The notes under the pieces: generated by a model
Databases searched by the model: none
What the model saw: the letters and a program-made list of their open reading frames with translations, nothing else
Told to the model about the DNA's origin: nothing
NCBI GenBank assembly: GCA_964016885.1
Contig: OZ024763.1
Span: 24,490,001 to 24,554,000, forward strand
Direction: 5' to 3'
Source: Eledone cirrhosa
Taxonomy: Eukaryota
DNA length: 64,000 nt
Made by a program: the position numbers and the translations under genes
Shown: positions 41,721-64,000 of the stretch, piece after piece
How the letters are laid out: each line of letters begins with the position of its first letter
Numbering within the stretch: the stretch's first letter is position 1

Positions 41721-42105
41721 ATACGATATTAACAAATGGAAACTATATTTATAAAACCATAATTATTTCATTATACATATTTCAAGGACACCCAGTCAAA
41801 TTATGGTGCGCTTTCATCAGATAAAATATAATATAGATCAGTTTTATAAATAAATATTAACATTTTTTAGGGGTGTGTCAATATTTATTTATAAAACTGA
41901 TCTATATTATATTTTATCTGATGAAAGCACACCATAATTTAACTTGGTGTCCTTGAGATATGTATAATGAAATAAATATGGTTTTATAAATATAGTTTCC
42001 ATTTGTTAATATCGTATTTTTACTCCAAATATTTGTCGAGTGCTTTATATCAGTTATAAAAATATTTGCTTGTTGTATCCCAACAATTTAAATAGAACTT
42101 TTACA
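41721..42105 (+). mobile_element. Family B fold-back copy (tail on the right)
   Basis: Arms at ~41721-41863 and ~41876-42017. HHR is intact in the left arm (minus) and has GAGA in the right arm. Confidence 0.88.
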
Positions 42106-42118
42106 TATATATATATAT

Positions 42119-42327
42119 CTTTAACGATCGACTTCCGTCAAATCGGACCGAGGAAACAATGTTTCCATTGGTCTTTCCAATTGCTAATACTATCTATCGG
42201 TCGCAACTCCAGGTAGAAGGAGCAACGTGAAATGAAGTGTCTTGCTCAAGGACATAACGCATCGCCCGGTTCTGGAATCAAACTCACAACCTCACGATTG
42301 CGAATCTAACCACTCAGCCACAGGCCT
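42119..42327 (-). mobile_element. SINE family C
   Basis: Reverse complement of 14268-14485. TA flanks. Confidence 0.85.
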
Positions 42328-42349
42328 TTATTTATATATATATATATAT

Positions 42350-42388
42350 ATAATAAAATATAATTGATCACAAGAATATCTATTTTGT

Positions 42389-42425
<37 letters not shown>

Positions 42426-42567
42426 CAAAATAGATATTCTTGTGATCAATTATATTTTATTATACATATTCCAGAGGTACTGAGTTAAGTTCAACAGTAT
42501 GTCCTCATCAGATAAAATAAAATGATACATCACATACCCTGACATAGTACATCGTTAAGCTTCAATA
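42350..42567. mobile_element. Family B-related pieces in inverted orientation, with degenerate HHR
   Basis: 42351-42390 is the inverse of 42423-42462. Minus strand reads tattttat CTGATGA ggac...ctct GGAA tatgta TA ataaaata. Confidence 0.55.
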
Positions 42568-42581
42568 TGAGATAACATAAT

Positions 42582-42685
42582 TGTTTCTACTTTTGGCACA
42601 ATGCCAGCAAATACCCAGTGCATTACTGGTACTTTATTTTATCGACCCCGTAAGGATGAAAGGCAAAGTCAACCTCGGCGGGATT
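42582..42685 (-). mobile_element. 5'-truncated SINE family D with 14-bp TSD
   Basis: TSD tgagataacataat at 42568-42581 and 42686-42699. Confidence 0.9.
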
Positions 42686-42716
42686 TGAGATAACATAATA
42701 CAAACATATTATAAAC

Positions 42717-42758
<42 letters not shown>

Positions 42759-42900
42759 ATATCAGTTTATCCCGGGTGGGATCAATCGGGTGTAACAACA
42801 GTAAGTAAGGAACTCAATACACAGCAGAGTTTAAAATATTTAATATAGAAAAGGCTTCTACAGCCCTAGAACTGTTTCACTCGGGAGATATATATGTATG

Positions 42901-43493
<593 letters not shown>

Positions 43494-43606
43494 ATATATA
43501 TATATATGAAGTAAGTGACATTGTCACTACTTTAAAACAATAGCGTAAGGTCTTCAAAATGCTTTTAATCAAGCATACAGTGTATTTTGCAATACACTAT
43601 ATATCC

Positions 43607-43674
<68 letters not shown>

Positions 43675-43855
43675 ATAGATGTATGTAAAAGATAAACAGA
43701 AATAACAACACAAACGGTACAGTATATAGAAGGAAAATATTTGGTAAACGCTTGAAATATGTAAAGAGGTTCTTAAGCTTCATCAGAAGAAAGAATGAGA
43801 AATTAAAAATATAGAGGGGACGGGCAAGGTGGAATCGATATATATGTTTATATTC

Positions 43856-43887
<32 letters not shown>

Positions 43888-43926
43888 TTGTGTAGAAAGA
43901 TTTATAGATAGATAGATTAATAGATA

Positions 43927-44108
43927 CAGTGGAACCTCGGTTCACGAACAATTTTTCTTAACATAAAACGTATTGGTTCAGCAACGCTGTCTCAAGTAAC
44001 GAACACACACTCTCCCTCTAAATATTTCGTAAGGAAAAAAATATTTTCGGCTTACGACCATTTCAGGTGGCGAACTGCCTTCAGGAACGAAATAAGTCGT
44101 CAATCGAG

Positions 44109-44116
<8 letters not shown>
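43927..44116. mobile_element. Tc1/mariner (Tigger/pogo-like) MITE
   Basis: Left TIR TA|CAGTGGAACCTCGGTTCACGAAC; degenerate right TIR gtcgtcaatcgag. Confidence 0.65.
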
Positions 44117-44174
<58 letters not shown>

Positions 44175-44255
44175 ATCTATCTCTATCTCTCTTTCTCTCT
44201 CTCTTTCTCTCTCTCTATCCCCCCTCTCTCTCGCTCTCTCTTTCTCCGTATATAC

Positions 44256-44493
44256 GGTGGCTGCCAACTCGTTTTCGAGTAGTGCCACTACTTTACATCC
44301 ATGTAGGAGAACCCCTACTGATGCGCTGAACGAGTGTGACTTTTTAGTCCAGCCAGCGACTTGAAAACTCTGGTACAAACACTACACTTGTGACAATTAC
44401 TGACACATAGTGCTGGGCCCATGGTAGCATGTGACGACAAGTGCAGAGAGATCTCCAGATATAAAGCAATGCCTGTGCCGTGAAGCTTTTATA
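44256..44493 (-). mobile_element. Family E copy, truncated
   Basis: Matches 26626-26863. Confidence 0.8.
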
Positions 44494-44504
44494 TATACAT
44501 ACAT

Positions 44505-44688
44505 AGATAGTGATGAGGTTTGCTTGAAGCATTGTGGAATAATAAAAATGGTCCTTTTGGAAGCCCCAACAATGCAGATGGGTAAATCTTCGGTTAACAG
44601 AATCAGGTGGTAATGAGAGAGAGAGATCTAAGATAGATTCTATTACCCGGAGATTTACCGATCTGCATTATTGAGGCTTCCAAAACGA

Positions 44689-44696
<8 letters not shown>
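44505..44696. mobile_element. Fold-back element with tail (unassigned family)
   Basis: Arms at ~44545-44606 and ~44636-44696 (ttttggaagccccaacaatgcagat / atctgcattattgaggcttccaaaa). TA flanks. Confidence 0.7.
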
Positions 44697-44782
<86 letters not shown>

Positions 44783-44861
44783 AACTAAAATAAAACGAAA
44801 TAAAATAAAATAAACTAAAATAAAAAATAAGTCAAATGTTTAAAATTTGGCTTCGTTTATT

Positions 44862-44916
44862 ACTGCTATATATATTTCGGTGACAGCCATCTTTGGCTGT
44901 GACCTCTTCAGGCAGT
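44862..44916 (-). ncRNA. Type I hammerhead ribozyme
   Basis: ACTGC CTGAAGA GGTcACAGCCA aaga TGGCTGTcACC GAAA TATATA TA^GCAGT. Core and all stems are intact. Confidence 0.85.
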
Positions 44917-45005
44917 CCGAATTAGTGTAGTATAGACAAGTACATATGTTGTTGAAGTGTATAATTTTGTCAATACTCTCATATGCCCAGCTCCTAGTTG
45001 GATTG

Positions 45006-45052
<47 letters not shown>

Positions 45053-45240
45053 TAAGTGGAAGCTTAGTAAAATCGAAGCTTTGGCTGTGGGCAAGCAAAG
45101 TCGACCTACAATAGGAATGAGTTAGCAAAGCACTCAATAAGGGTAGGTCCTTAGAGTAATAACATACGTTTAAATAGCTTGACAAATAGAACAATGCTGT
45201 AGGCAAGCAACCACGTGAACAACACAATATATAACTACTC

Positions 45241-45303
45241 CATTACCAAAGGTTTCAGGACCCTAGACAATATTAACATACGTCCAGTTCGTTCATCAGA
45301 CAT
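45241..45303 (-). ncRNA. Hammerhead-like motif
   Basis: tgt CTGATGA acgaaCTGGAC...GTCTAGggtcct GAAA CC ttt GG TA^atg. Stem I is weak. Confidence 0.5.
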
Positions 45304-45309
45304 TTATGT

Positions 45310-45341
<32 letters not shown>

Positions 45342-45793
45342 TAATAAAATATAGAGAAAAATACTGCAGGTAGCACATGGATAACATGTAATAAAATGAG
45401 TCCTCTCAGTGATTTGCCGACGATCATAGATATTTCATTGCATTAAAAATCATATACCTCACGTCGGTGCAATAATAACCAAAAATAAGTATTAGACAAT
45501 TGAAACGCGGTAAAAGCGAGTGAGACAGGAGAACAACAAAGAGTATAGCTAACCGTAGGGGAAAGAAACAAGCTTCAAAATTATTCTGTTTAGCATAAGC
45601 TAGGTGAATATATGAGCGCTTTAGAAAAGACCCGACACGGGCGAGTGGCTATGTGAGAAGAGAGAAAAATAGCCTTCGTGGTGTACAGGATGAAAATGAA
45701 GAGAAGAGAAACAGTGAGTGAGTGAAAGTGTGAGGAAGAAGAGTTAACTGACATGACAGAGGGGGAGAAAACAGAGAGAATATATATATATAT

Positions 45794-45913
45794 AATTGTT
45801 TCTACTTTTGCACAAGGCCAGCAAATACCCAGTACATTACTGGTACTTTATTTTATCCACACCGTAAGGATGAAAGGCAAAGTTAACCTCGGCGGGATTT
45901 GAACTCAGATCGT
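45794..45913 (-). mobile_element. SINE family D, truncated
   Basis: aattgtttctacttttgcacaaggcc...gaactcagatcg. Confidence 0.85.
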
Positions 45914-45933
45914 ATATACATATATATATATAC

Positions 45934-45973
<40 letters not shown>

Positions 45974-45974
45974 C

Positions 45975-46006
<32 letters not shown>

Positions 46007-46088
46007 GTATATATATATATATATGTATATATAAATATCATAAAACATGTCTATAGAATCACAAGATAAAATATATACCATTTCCATA

Positions 46089-46128
<40 letters not shown>

Positions 46129-46139
46129 ATATATACATA

Positions 46140-46259
<120 letters not shown>

Positions 46260-46318
46260 ATATATATATATACATATATATATATAAATATATACATATA
46301 TATATATATATATATACA

Positions 46319-46774
46319 TGTAAAGTTATATTTAAAATTGTTGGGTTACAACTAGTAAATATTTATAACTGATATAAAAGCACTCGACAAATACTTGGAG
46401 TATATTTACAATATTAAATAAATGGAAAACTATATTTATAAAACCATATTTATTTCATTATATATATTTCGGGGATATCATATTAACAATATGCTATGCC
46501 TTCATCAGACAAAATACAATATAAACAGTTTTATAGATAAATATATTCGACATACCGTAATAAACATCAACTTCATTTGAAGAGGTTCACTGCTAGAGTG
46601 AACCTCTTCAAATGAAGTTGATGTTTATTACGGTATGTCGAATATATTTATCTATAAAACTGTTTATATTGTATTTTGTCTGATGAAGGCATAGCATATT
46701 GTTAATATGATATCCCCGAAATATATATAATGAAATAAATATGGTTTTATAAATATAGTTTTCCATTTATTAAT

Positions 46775-46780
<6 letters not shown>
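46319..46780 (-). mobile_element. Family B fold-back copy
   Basis: Near-perfect arms at 46407-46591 and 46597-46780, tail at 46319-46406. HHR reads tattttgt CTGATGA aggcat...atcccc GAAA tatata TA atgaaata. Confidence 0.9.
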
Positions 46781-46821
<41 letters not shown>

Positions 46822-46877
46822 ACATATATATATATATATACCTATATATATATATATAGACATATATATATATATAT

Positions 46878-46982
<105 letters not shown>

Positions 46983-47005
46983 CATATATAATATATATAT
47001 TATAT

Positions 47006-47038
<33 letters not shown>

Positions 47039-47081
47039 ATATATTATATATATATATACATATATATATATATAATATACA

Positions 47082-47147
<66 letters not shown>

Positions 47148-47209
47148 ATACCTATATATATATATATATACCTATATATATATATATAGACATATATATA
47201 TATATATAT

Positions 47210-47285
<76 letters not shown>

Positions 47286-47681
47286 CATATATACATATAT
47301 ATACATATATACATATATATATAGTAGTTTGATCTTGCTACAGATATCCAGGTGGGTAGAGCACTCAGTTCGTGGTCCGAGTTATATATAAGACACAACA
47401 GTGACAATGTGCTGATAGTGAAGATGTGTTGGGTTTAACCACCAACTCACTCAGTCGGCCATAGTGTGGCGAGAGTGATTGAGAGAGAGAGAGGGAGAGA
47501 GAGTGGGAGGGAGAGGGAGGGGGCACACACACATATATATAAATGTAAAGACCCGATGAGGGAAAGTTAAAGAATTGTAGACGTAAAGGAAAAAAAGTAT
47601 GGGATGGATAGTGAACGGGTATAGAGAATAGATAGGGAGAGTGATAGAGCAAGAGAGAGGGAGATGATATGTATGAGAGAG

Positions 47682-47730
<49 letters not shown>

Positions 47731-47732
47731 TG

Positions 47733-47766
<34 letters not shown>

Positions 47767-48292
47767 CTAGGAGCGACAGAGGGAGAGAGAATACCAGAAG
47801 CGACAGAGACAAAGAATACCAGAAGCGAGAGAGAGAGTGTTACAGAGAAAGAGAGAGTACCAGAAGAAACAGAGAGAGTTACAAACAGAGAGAGAGAGAG
47901 ACAGCGTACCAGAAGCGACAGAGAGAGTGGAGAGAGAAAGAGAGTGAGAACAGAGTTATAGAGAGAGTACCAGAAGCGTCAGAGAGAGAGGAGAGAGAGA
48001 ACGGATATATATGGACAAAGTAAAAGACAGAAAGTGTGAGAAAGAGAGAGAGAGAGGGAGTGTGAGAAAGAAAGAAACAGATAAAGAAATCTGATTATGT
48101 AAATCTAAGATGGAGTCCATTTAAAATAGAAGGGAAGAAAGAGTAGGTTTAAAAGAAAGACCAGCATCTATCAATTCTGCATAATTTCCCGTGAACTATA
48201 CTATAGGTGCATGTCACTGATTCCATGTAATGGTAAACTGCACGTAGTCACAGCTCCACTCTATCAATTACAAGGTCCCGTTAACTATCCTG

Positions 48293-48323
<31 letters not shown>

Positions 48324-48369
48324 TATCTCTGTATATAATATCTCACTCACCACCACTCTACTCTCTCTC

Positions 48370-48850
48370 TCTCTGTCTACTATCTCGCCACTATCTCTCT
48401 CTCTCTCTGTCTTACTATCTCGCCACCATCTCTCTCTCTCTGTCTTACTATCTCGCCACCATCTCTCTCTCTCTTCTCTCTGTCTTACTATCTCGCCACC
48501 ATCTCTCTCTCTCTGTCTTACTATCTCGCCACCATCTGCTCTCTCTATCTGTCTTACTATCTCACCACCACCATCTCTCTCTCTCTCTCTGTCTTACTAT
48601 CTCGCCACCATCTCTCTCTCTCTCTCTCTCTGTCTTACTATCTCGCCACCCATCCTCTCTCTCTCTCTGGTCTACTATCTCGCCACCATCTCTCTCTCTC
48701 TCTGTCTAACTATCTCACCACCATCTCTCTCTCTCTCTCTGTCTTACTATCTCGCCACCATCTCTCTCTCTCTCTCTCTCTGTCTTACTATCTCGCCACA
48801 TCTCTCTCTCTCTCTGTCTTACTATCTCGCCACCATCTCTCTCTCTCTCT
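48370..48850. repeat. Minisatellite (gtcttactatctcgccacca(tc)n); longer in copy 2 (56765-57655)
   Basis: Directly visible. Confidence 0.9.
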
Positions 48851-48896
48851 TAATTTCTCTCTCTCTCTTAATTTCTCACACTCTCCTTACTTTCTT

Positions 48897-48967
<71 letters not shown>

Positions 48968-49087
48968 GTCTCTGTCTCTGTCTCACACCATCATCTCTCT
49001 CTCTCTTAATTTCTCCTCCTCTCTCTCCCTATCTCACCACCATCTCTCTCTCTCTCAATTTCTCTGTCTCTCTCTATCTCTTTCACA

Positions 49088-49140
<53 letters not shown>

Positions 49141-49281
49141 ACCACCCACCAACTCTCTCTCTCTCTCTCTCTTTCTCTCACTCTCTCTCTCTCTCTCTCT
49201 TTTCTCTCTCTCACTCTCTCTCTCTTTCTCTCACTCTCTCTTTCTCTCTCTCACCCTTTGTCTATCTTTCTCTCTCTCTTA

Positions 49282-49339
<58 letters not shown>

Positions 49340-49673
49340 ACATACGTACACATATACACATAGATATATAATTAGAAAAAATGTTTCGTTTACATGTTTT
49401 ATGTATTTCTTTATTTTCGACGCGCGTTTCACAGATGATTGGCTGTGACGCACGTTTCACAGATGATTGGCTCAACGTCACCTTTGGAATCTATGGCCTA
49501 GCCTGCAGCATCGACTCACACACACAACGCACACACTAAAAACAAGATAATTTGTACTGCCTCTCTGGTTTTTGTTCTCTGATCATTTATTAAACTATAT
49601 ATATATATATATTATATTTTGTGGTGGCCATGTTGCTAATATTGCCAATAAAAAGAAACACACACGCATCATA

Positions 49674-49759
<86 letters not shown>

Positions 49760-51051
49760 CGTACATGCATATATATATATGCATCCATATATACACACAG
49801 GCAGGCTATTATACATGTATATATTCATAGGAATATACATGTGTTAATTTGTAATGAAATTACGGAAATAAGATTTATTTATCAATATCATATAACAGTT
49901 ATCTCTATCTCTATCTCTCTTTTTATACACACATATACACACACACAGATATATATACATACATGTGTATGTGTGTGTGTGGGTGTACTTGTATGTATGT
50001 GTGTAGGTGAATATAAAGATATTTACTGAGAAACACATGTATAATTGTATATATGTATGTATGTATGCATGTATGCATGTATGTATCTGTGTGTGTATGT
50101 ATGTATGTATGTATGTATGCATGCGTATATGTATATGTTTGTATACATATATATGTATATTAATGATCAGAAAGTAGAAATGGGTTTCGAATGTATAAAT
50201 GAAAATGTATATTGTATATATATGTATATATATATATATATTCATATATTCATATGTATATTAAAATATATGTCTCTGTGTGTATACATATTTGTGTGTG
50301 TGCATCTTTATGTATGTATGCATACACAAATACCTACACACCTACACGCAAGCATACATGCATGCCGGAACGAACATGTATACATACACACATGCGTTCA
50401 CACACATGCACAGCTTGAAAAATGTCGGATACACAAGGCAGCCATGATATAAATTCGAAGCCATTAGAATCAGACCGGTAGCAATTAAACGCCACCGTTG
50501 CCGCCATCTTTTATCATGTTTTTCTTGGCGAATCTCCTTGCGTTGTCTTTGTTGTTTTTTATAATTCTACTTTCACTTTCGCTTTCACAGTTTCAGTTTT
50601 CCTTCAAAATTTTCTACATCTTTATGGTGTTTCCTTTGATTGTTTTCATAGTTTCATGTGTATTTTTGAACAAATATATTCTAAAATATGAGTTAAGATC
50701 AATTTAGGAAATTAATAATAATAAACACAAACACACAAACACACACACTCACACATACATACACACCCACTACCGCACATACATACATAAACACGCACAC
50801 ACAACGCCGCATACGGAAACACATAGACACCGCCGCAAATACACACACACACACACACACAGCTGCACACATTTACACACACACATGCGTGGTACATCTT
50901 TTTTCCCTCCCTTTCTTTATTTTATTGCACTGTGCTATTTTGCGATTAAATTATTCCAAATGAAATTGAAAAATGAAAATTTTTAAAGATAAATTATATA
51001 CATATATATATATATATATATATACACCTGTATATATATATATACATATAC

Positions 51052-51137
<86 letters not shown>

Positions 51138-51412
51138 TTGTGTGTGTGTGTGTATAGATATGTATACACATATATATATATATACACACTCATATATATA
51201 TATATATGTGGATGTATATATGTATATATATGAATATGTTTAAGTTTTCCTCTTTAGGACGGATGAGATAAACAATTTGCAGTGGATGTTTTGAGTACGG
51301 GGCGAAGGTGTAGGTTTGTGTGTATGTATCTGCGCGTATGTGGGGTGGGAGTGATGGGGAGTTATATATACATATATATACATATATATATAAATGTATA
51401 TATGTATGTATA

Positions 51413-51454
<42 letters not shown>

Positions 51455-51699
51455 CATAGAGATAGATATATATGCACACATATATATACATATATAAATG
51501 TATATATATATGTATATATATATGTATATATATATGTATATATATACATATATATAAATACATATATATGCATACATATATATACATACATATATATATG
51601 TATATATATATGTGTATATATATACATATATATATATATATATACATATATATGCATACATATATATACATGCATATATATATGTATATATATATGTAT

Positions 51700-51732
<33 letters not shown>

Positions 51733-51825
51733 CACATATTTATATATATATATACACACATATTTAATTATATAAATATATATATGTATATACACATATA
51801 TATATATATAGACTTACATAAACAC

Positions 51826-51903
<78 letters not shown>

Positions 51904-52428
51904 CATATATATATATTCATATATACATACATATATATAACCTTTCCAAACACACATATCGTACACACCCACGCACACAAAACACACACCTTACACACAC
52001 ACACAGGCTACACCCCCACACATACACACACTCGCTACATACACACACACACACCTTGGCCTAATCATAAACTACGTACCATCTACTCCTTTGCCTTCCT
52101 CCTCACTCACTCACTTCATTGCCACTCTTCACACCTCTTATTCTCACTCATACCAACACCCTTGCTGTACATTCTCCTCTATCTCGCTCCGTACCTCTTA
52201 CAGCCACCCACCACTCTCTGCTGCATCTACTCACCTCCCACTACACCTCCTCCTTCAATCTCCTCCGCACCACATCTCTACCTCCCACCACCCCTCATCA
52301 CCTCTTCGCTTTGTTTATTCAAATAATTATATCGACCTATTGTATTCAATTAGAGATTTCCTAACAACATAAAATGTAAATAGTTTGTATAATTCATCTT
52401 TGTTCGAAAATACACACACTTCTCTCTC

Positions 52429-52485
<57 letters not shown>

Positions 52486-52977
52486 CTCTCTCTCTACACA
52501 CACACACGCACACGCATAAACACACTTTTCTCTCCACAAACACACACACACTTCTCTCTCCACACACGCACTCACACACACACACAACACACACACTTCT
52601 CTCTCCACACACACACACGCATACACACACTTCTCTCTCCACACACACACACACACGCATACACACACACACATACACAACACTTCGCATTCCACATACA
52701 TACACACACATACACACTTCTCTCTCCACACACACACATACACATACACACACAATTGTCTCTCTCTTACACACACATACATACACACTTGGCTCTCCCC
52801 ACATACACACACACACTTCTCTTTCTCCACACACACATATACACATATACACACTTGGCTCTCTCCACACACACATGCACACACACTTGGCTCTCTCCAC
52901 ACAAACACGTCACTTCTCACACACATATATAACACATATGTGTGGGAGTCTGTAAACGTATAGGATATACATATAAC

Positions 52978-53158
52978 TGTTTCTACTTTAGGCACAAGGC
53001 CAGCAATTACCCAGTGCATTACTGGTACTTTATTTTATCGACCCCGTAAGGATGAAAGGCAAAGTCAACCTCAGCGGGATTTGAACTCGTAAAGGGACGT
53101 AACTATACTGGAAAGCATGGCGTCCGACCCTCTACCGATACTGCCAATCCACCGCCCC
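52978..53158 (-). mobile_element. Full-length SINE family D with 16-bp TSD, absent from the duplicate copy
   Basis: TSD aggatatacatataac at 52962-52977 and 53159-53174. Single empty site at 61768-61783. Confidence 0.95.
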
Positions 53159-53231
53159 AGGATATACATATAACACGCATACATATACCTCATATTTAAA
53201 CACACACACATATGTATGTGTATATAAATAT

Positions 53232-53288
<57 letters not shown>

Positions 53289-53343
53289 TAGATAGATAAA
53301 ATAACAGGCGGCTCGACTGGTGTAAATCCTTGAAAGGTTTATT

Positions 53344-53401
53344 ATACTATGATTATTTCAATGATTGGGTTCCATATGAATCCGGTGATATCATCAGGTA
53401 T
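53344..53401 (-). ncRNA. Hammerhead motif (duplicate at 61948-62005)
   Basis: ATAC CTGATGA tatcaccggattcatatggaacccaatcatt GAAA TAATCA TA^GTAT. The duplicate has palindromic stem III ATGATCAT. Confidence 0.6.
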
Positions 53402-53422
53402 TCGAAATATAATATAATATTC

Positions 53423-53466
<44 letters not shown>

Positions 53467-53479
53467 TTGTGTGTGTGTG

Positions 53480-53728
53480 TAAAATCAAACATGTATACAC
53501 GTTATAACATATCCGAGGAGCTTCCGATTCCAGAGTCAGGTTCGATCATTAATAAATCGTTCCTCGAGCTGATCGACAGTGAAACATATGTAATACGTAA
53601 TGAAATATGTATATGATGCAACACTGATTTGTTGTTCTCTTATATATTAATACTATGCATACTCTGATACACAAGAGCATGGATTGCTCACTGGGTATAC
53701 CGCTAATGGACGGAACTGAGTTGCTCCT
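53480..53728 (+). mobile_element. Family F copy with long-stem-II HHR-like fold (duplicate 62100-62347)
   Basis: catat CCGAGGA gcttccgatt...gagctgatcgacagt GAAA CATATG TA atacg, followed by tgatgcaacactgatt as at 16103. Confidence 0.65.
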
Positions 53729-53744
53729 ATATATATATATATAT

Positions 53745-53924
53745 AATACCTATATATATATATATATACCTATATATATATATATATATATAATACCTAT
53801 ATATATATAATACCTATATATATATATATATATATATAATACCTATATATATATATAATACCTATATATATATATAATACCTATATATATATATATATAA
53901 TACCTATATATATATATAATACCT

Positions 53925-53956
<32 letters not shown>

Positions 53957-55149
53957 ATACCTATATATATATATAATACCTATATATATATATATATATA
54001 TATAATACCTATATATATATATAATACCTATATATATATATAATACCTATATATATATATATATATAATACCTATATATATATATATAATACCTATATAT
54101 ATATATAATACCTATATATATATATATATATATAATACCTATATATATATATAATACCTATATATATATATATATATATATAATACCTATATATATATAT
54201 AATACCTATATATATATATAATACCTATATATATATATAATACCTATATATATATATAATACCTATATATATATATATATATATATAATACCTATATATA
54301 TATATAATACCTATATATATATATAATACCTATATATATATATATATAATACCTATATATATATATATAATACCTATATATATATATAATACCTATATAT
54401 ATATATAATACCTATATATATATATATATATATAATACCTATATATATATATAATACCTATATATATATATATAATACCTATATATATATATATAATACC
54501 TATATATATATATAATACCTATATATATATATAATACCTATATATATATATATATATATATAATACCTATATATATATATAATACCTATATATATATATA
54601 ATACCTATATATATATATATATAATACCTATATATATATATATAATACCTATATATATATATAATACCTATATATATATATATATATATAATACCTATAT
54701 ATATATATAATACCTATATATATATATATATATATATAATACCTATATATATATATAATACCTATATATATATATAATACCTATATATATATATATATAA
54801 TACCTATATATATATATATAATACCTATATATATATATAATACCTATATATATATATATATATAATACCTATATATATATATAATACCTATATATATATA
54901 TATAATACCTATATATATATATATAATACCTATATATATATATAATACCTATATATATATATATATATATAATACCTATATATATATATAATACCTATAT
55001 ATATATATATATATATATAATACCTATATATATATAATACCTATATATATATATAATACCTATATATATATATATATAATACCTATATATATATATATAA
55101 TACCTATATATATATATAATACCTATATATATATATATATAATACCTAT
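53745..55149. repeat. Compound satellite (aatacc(ta)n); also at 62362-63100
   Basis: Directly visible; runs into the gap. Confidence 0.95.
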
Positions 55150-55349
55150 NNNNNNNNNNNNNNNNNNNNNNNNNNNNNNNNNNNNNNNNNNNNNNNNNNN
55201 NNNNNNNNNNNNNNNNNNNNNNNNNNNNNNNNNNNNNNNNNNNNNNNNNNNNNNNNNNNNNNNNNNNNNNNNNNNNNNNNNNNNNNNNNNNNNNNNNNNN
55301 NNNNNNNNNNNNNNNNNNNNNNNNNNNNNNNNNNNNNNNNNNNNNNNNN
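55150..55349. other. Assembly gap (200 N)
   Basis: Run of N. Confidence 0.99.
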
Positions 55350-63100
<7,751 letters not shown>

Positions 63101-63124
63101 ACCATTATATATATATAATATATA

Positions 63125-63236
<112 letters not shown>

Positions 63237-63514
63237 CGTGTGTATTACCTATACATATATATATATGATAATACCTATATATATATAGGTATTATATACA
63301 TATATATGTATACGTAATACACATATATATATATATATATATATATAAATATATATAACATATATATATATATATATGATATATTATATATATATATATA
63401 TAATATATATATAGAAATATATATATATATATATAATATATATATATATATATTATATATATATATATAATATATATATAATATATATATATATATATTA
63501 TATATATAATATAT

Positions 63515-63638
<124 letters not shown>

Positions 63639-63683
63639 AAAAATATAATATATATATATATATATTATATATATATATATAAT

Positions 63684-63729
<46 letters not shown>

Positions 63730-63818
63730 ATATATATATAATATATATATATAATATATATATATATAATATATATATATATATAATATATATATATATA
63801 TAATATATATATATATAA

Positions 63819-63875
<57 letters not shown>

Positions 63876-63902
63876 TATAATATATATATATATATAATAA
63901 AT

Positions 63903-63945
<43 letters not shown>

Positions 63946-64000
63946 TATATAATATATATATATATAATATATATATTATAATATATATATATATATATAA

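Larger units (their letters stand above)
47315..55149 (+). repeat. Copy 1 of an ~8 kb duplicated block
   Basis: Colinear and near-identical with 55350-63100. Confidence 0.95.

Overview
Eukaryotic, gene-free window dominated by repeats. Dense (TA)n/(CA)n/(GA)n/(GGT)n tracts plus the SINE and LINE families resemble a cephalopod, probably Octopus (inference from recall, not searched). Nearly all ORFs in the supplied track are microsatellite read-through. The real coding remnants are all retroelements: two Penelope-like element (PLE) GIY-YIG ends, an RTE RT C-terminus, RTE zinc-finger tails and an R4/Dong-type restriction-like endonuclease. The window also has two tRNA-derived SINE families and two DNA-transposon MITEs. 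An ~8 kb block is duplicated across a 200-N gap; this is likely two haplotypes, and they differ by a SINE insertion. The main signal: many 'unique' islands between (TA)n tracts are short non-coding elements from about ten unrelated families. They carry type I hammerhead ribozyme (HHR) folds, and several share an asymmetric fold-back layout (inverted arms plus an unpaired ~80 bp tail). One family links directly to a coding PLE at 34095-36511. Another (43035-43493) starts exactly at its predicted ribozyme cleavage site, like a retrozyme. Several ribozyme cores are non-canonical (U3-A8 covariant, U4C, very long stem II). All folds were paired by eye, not computed.
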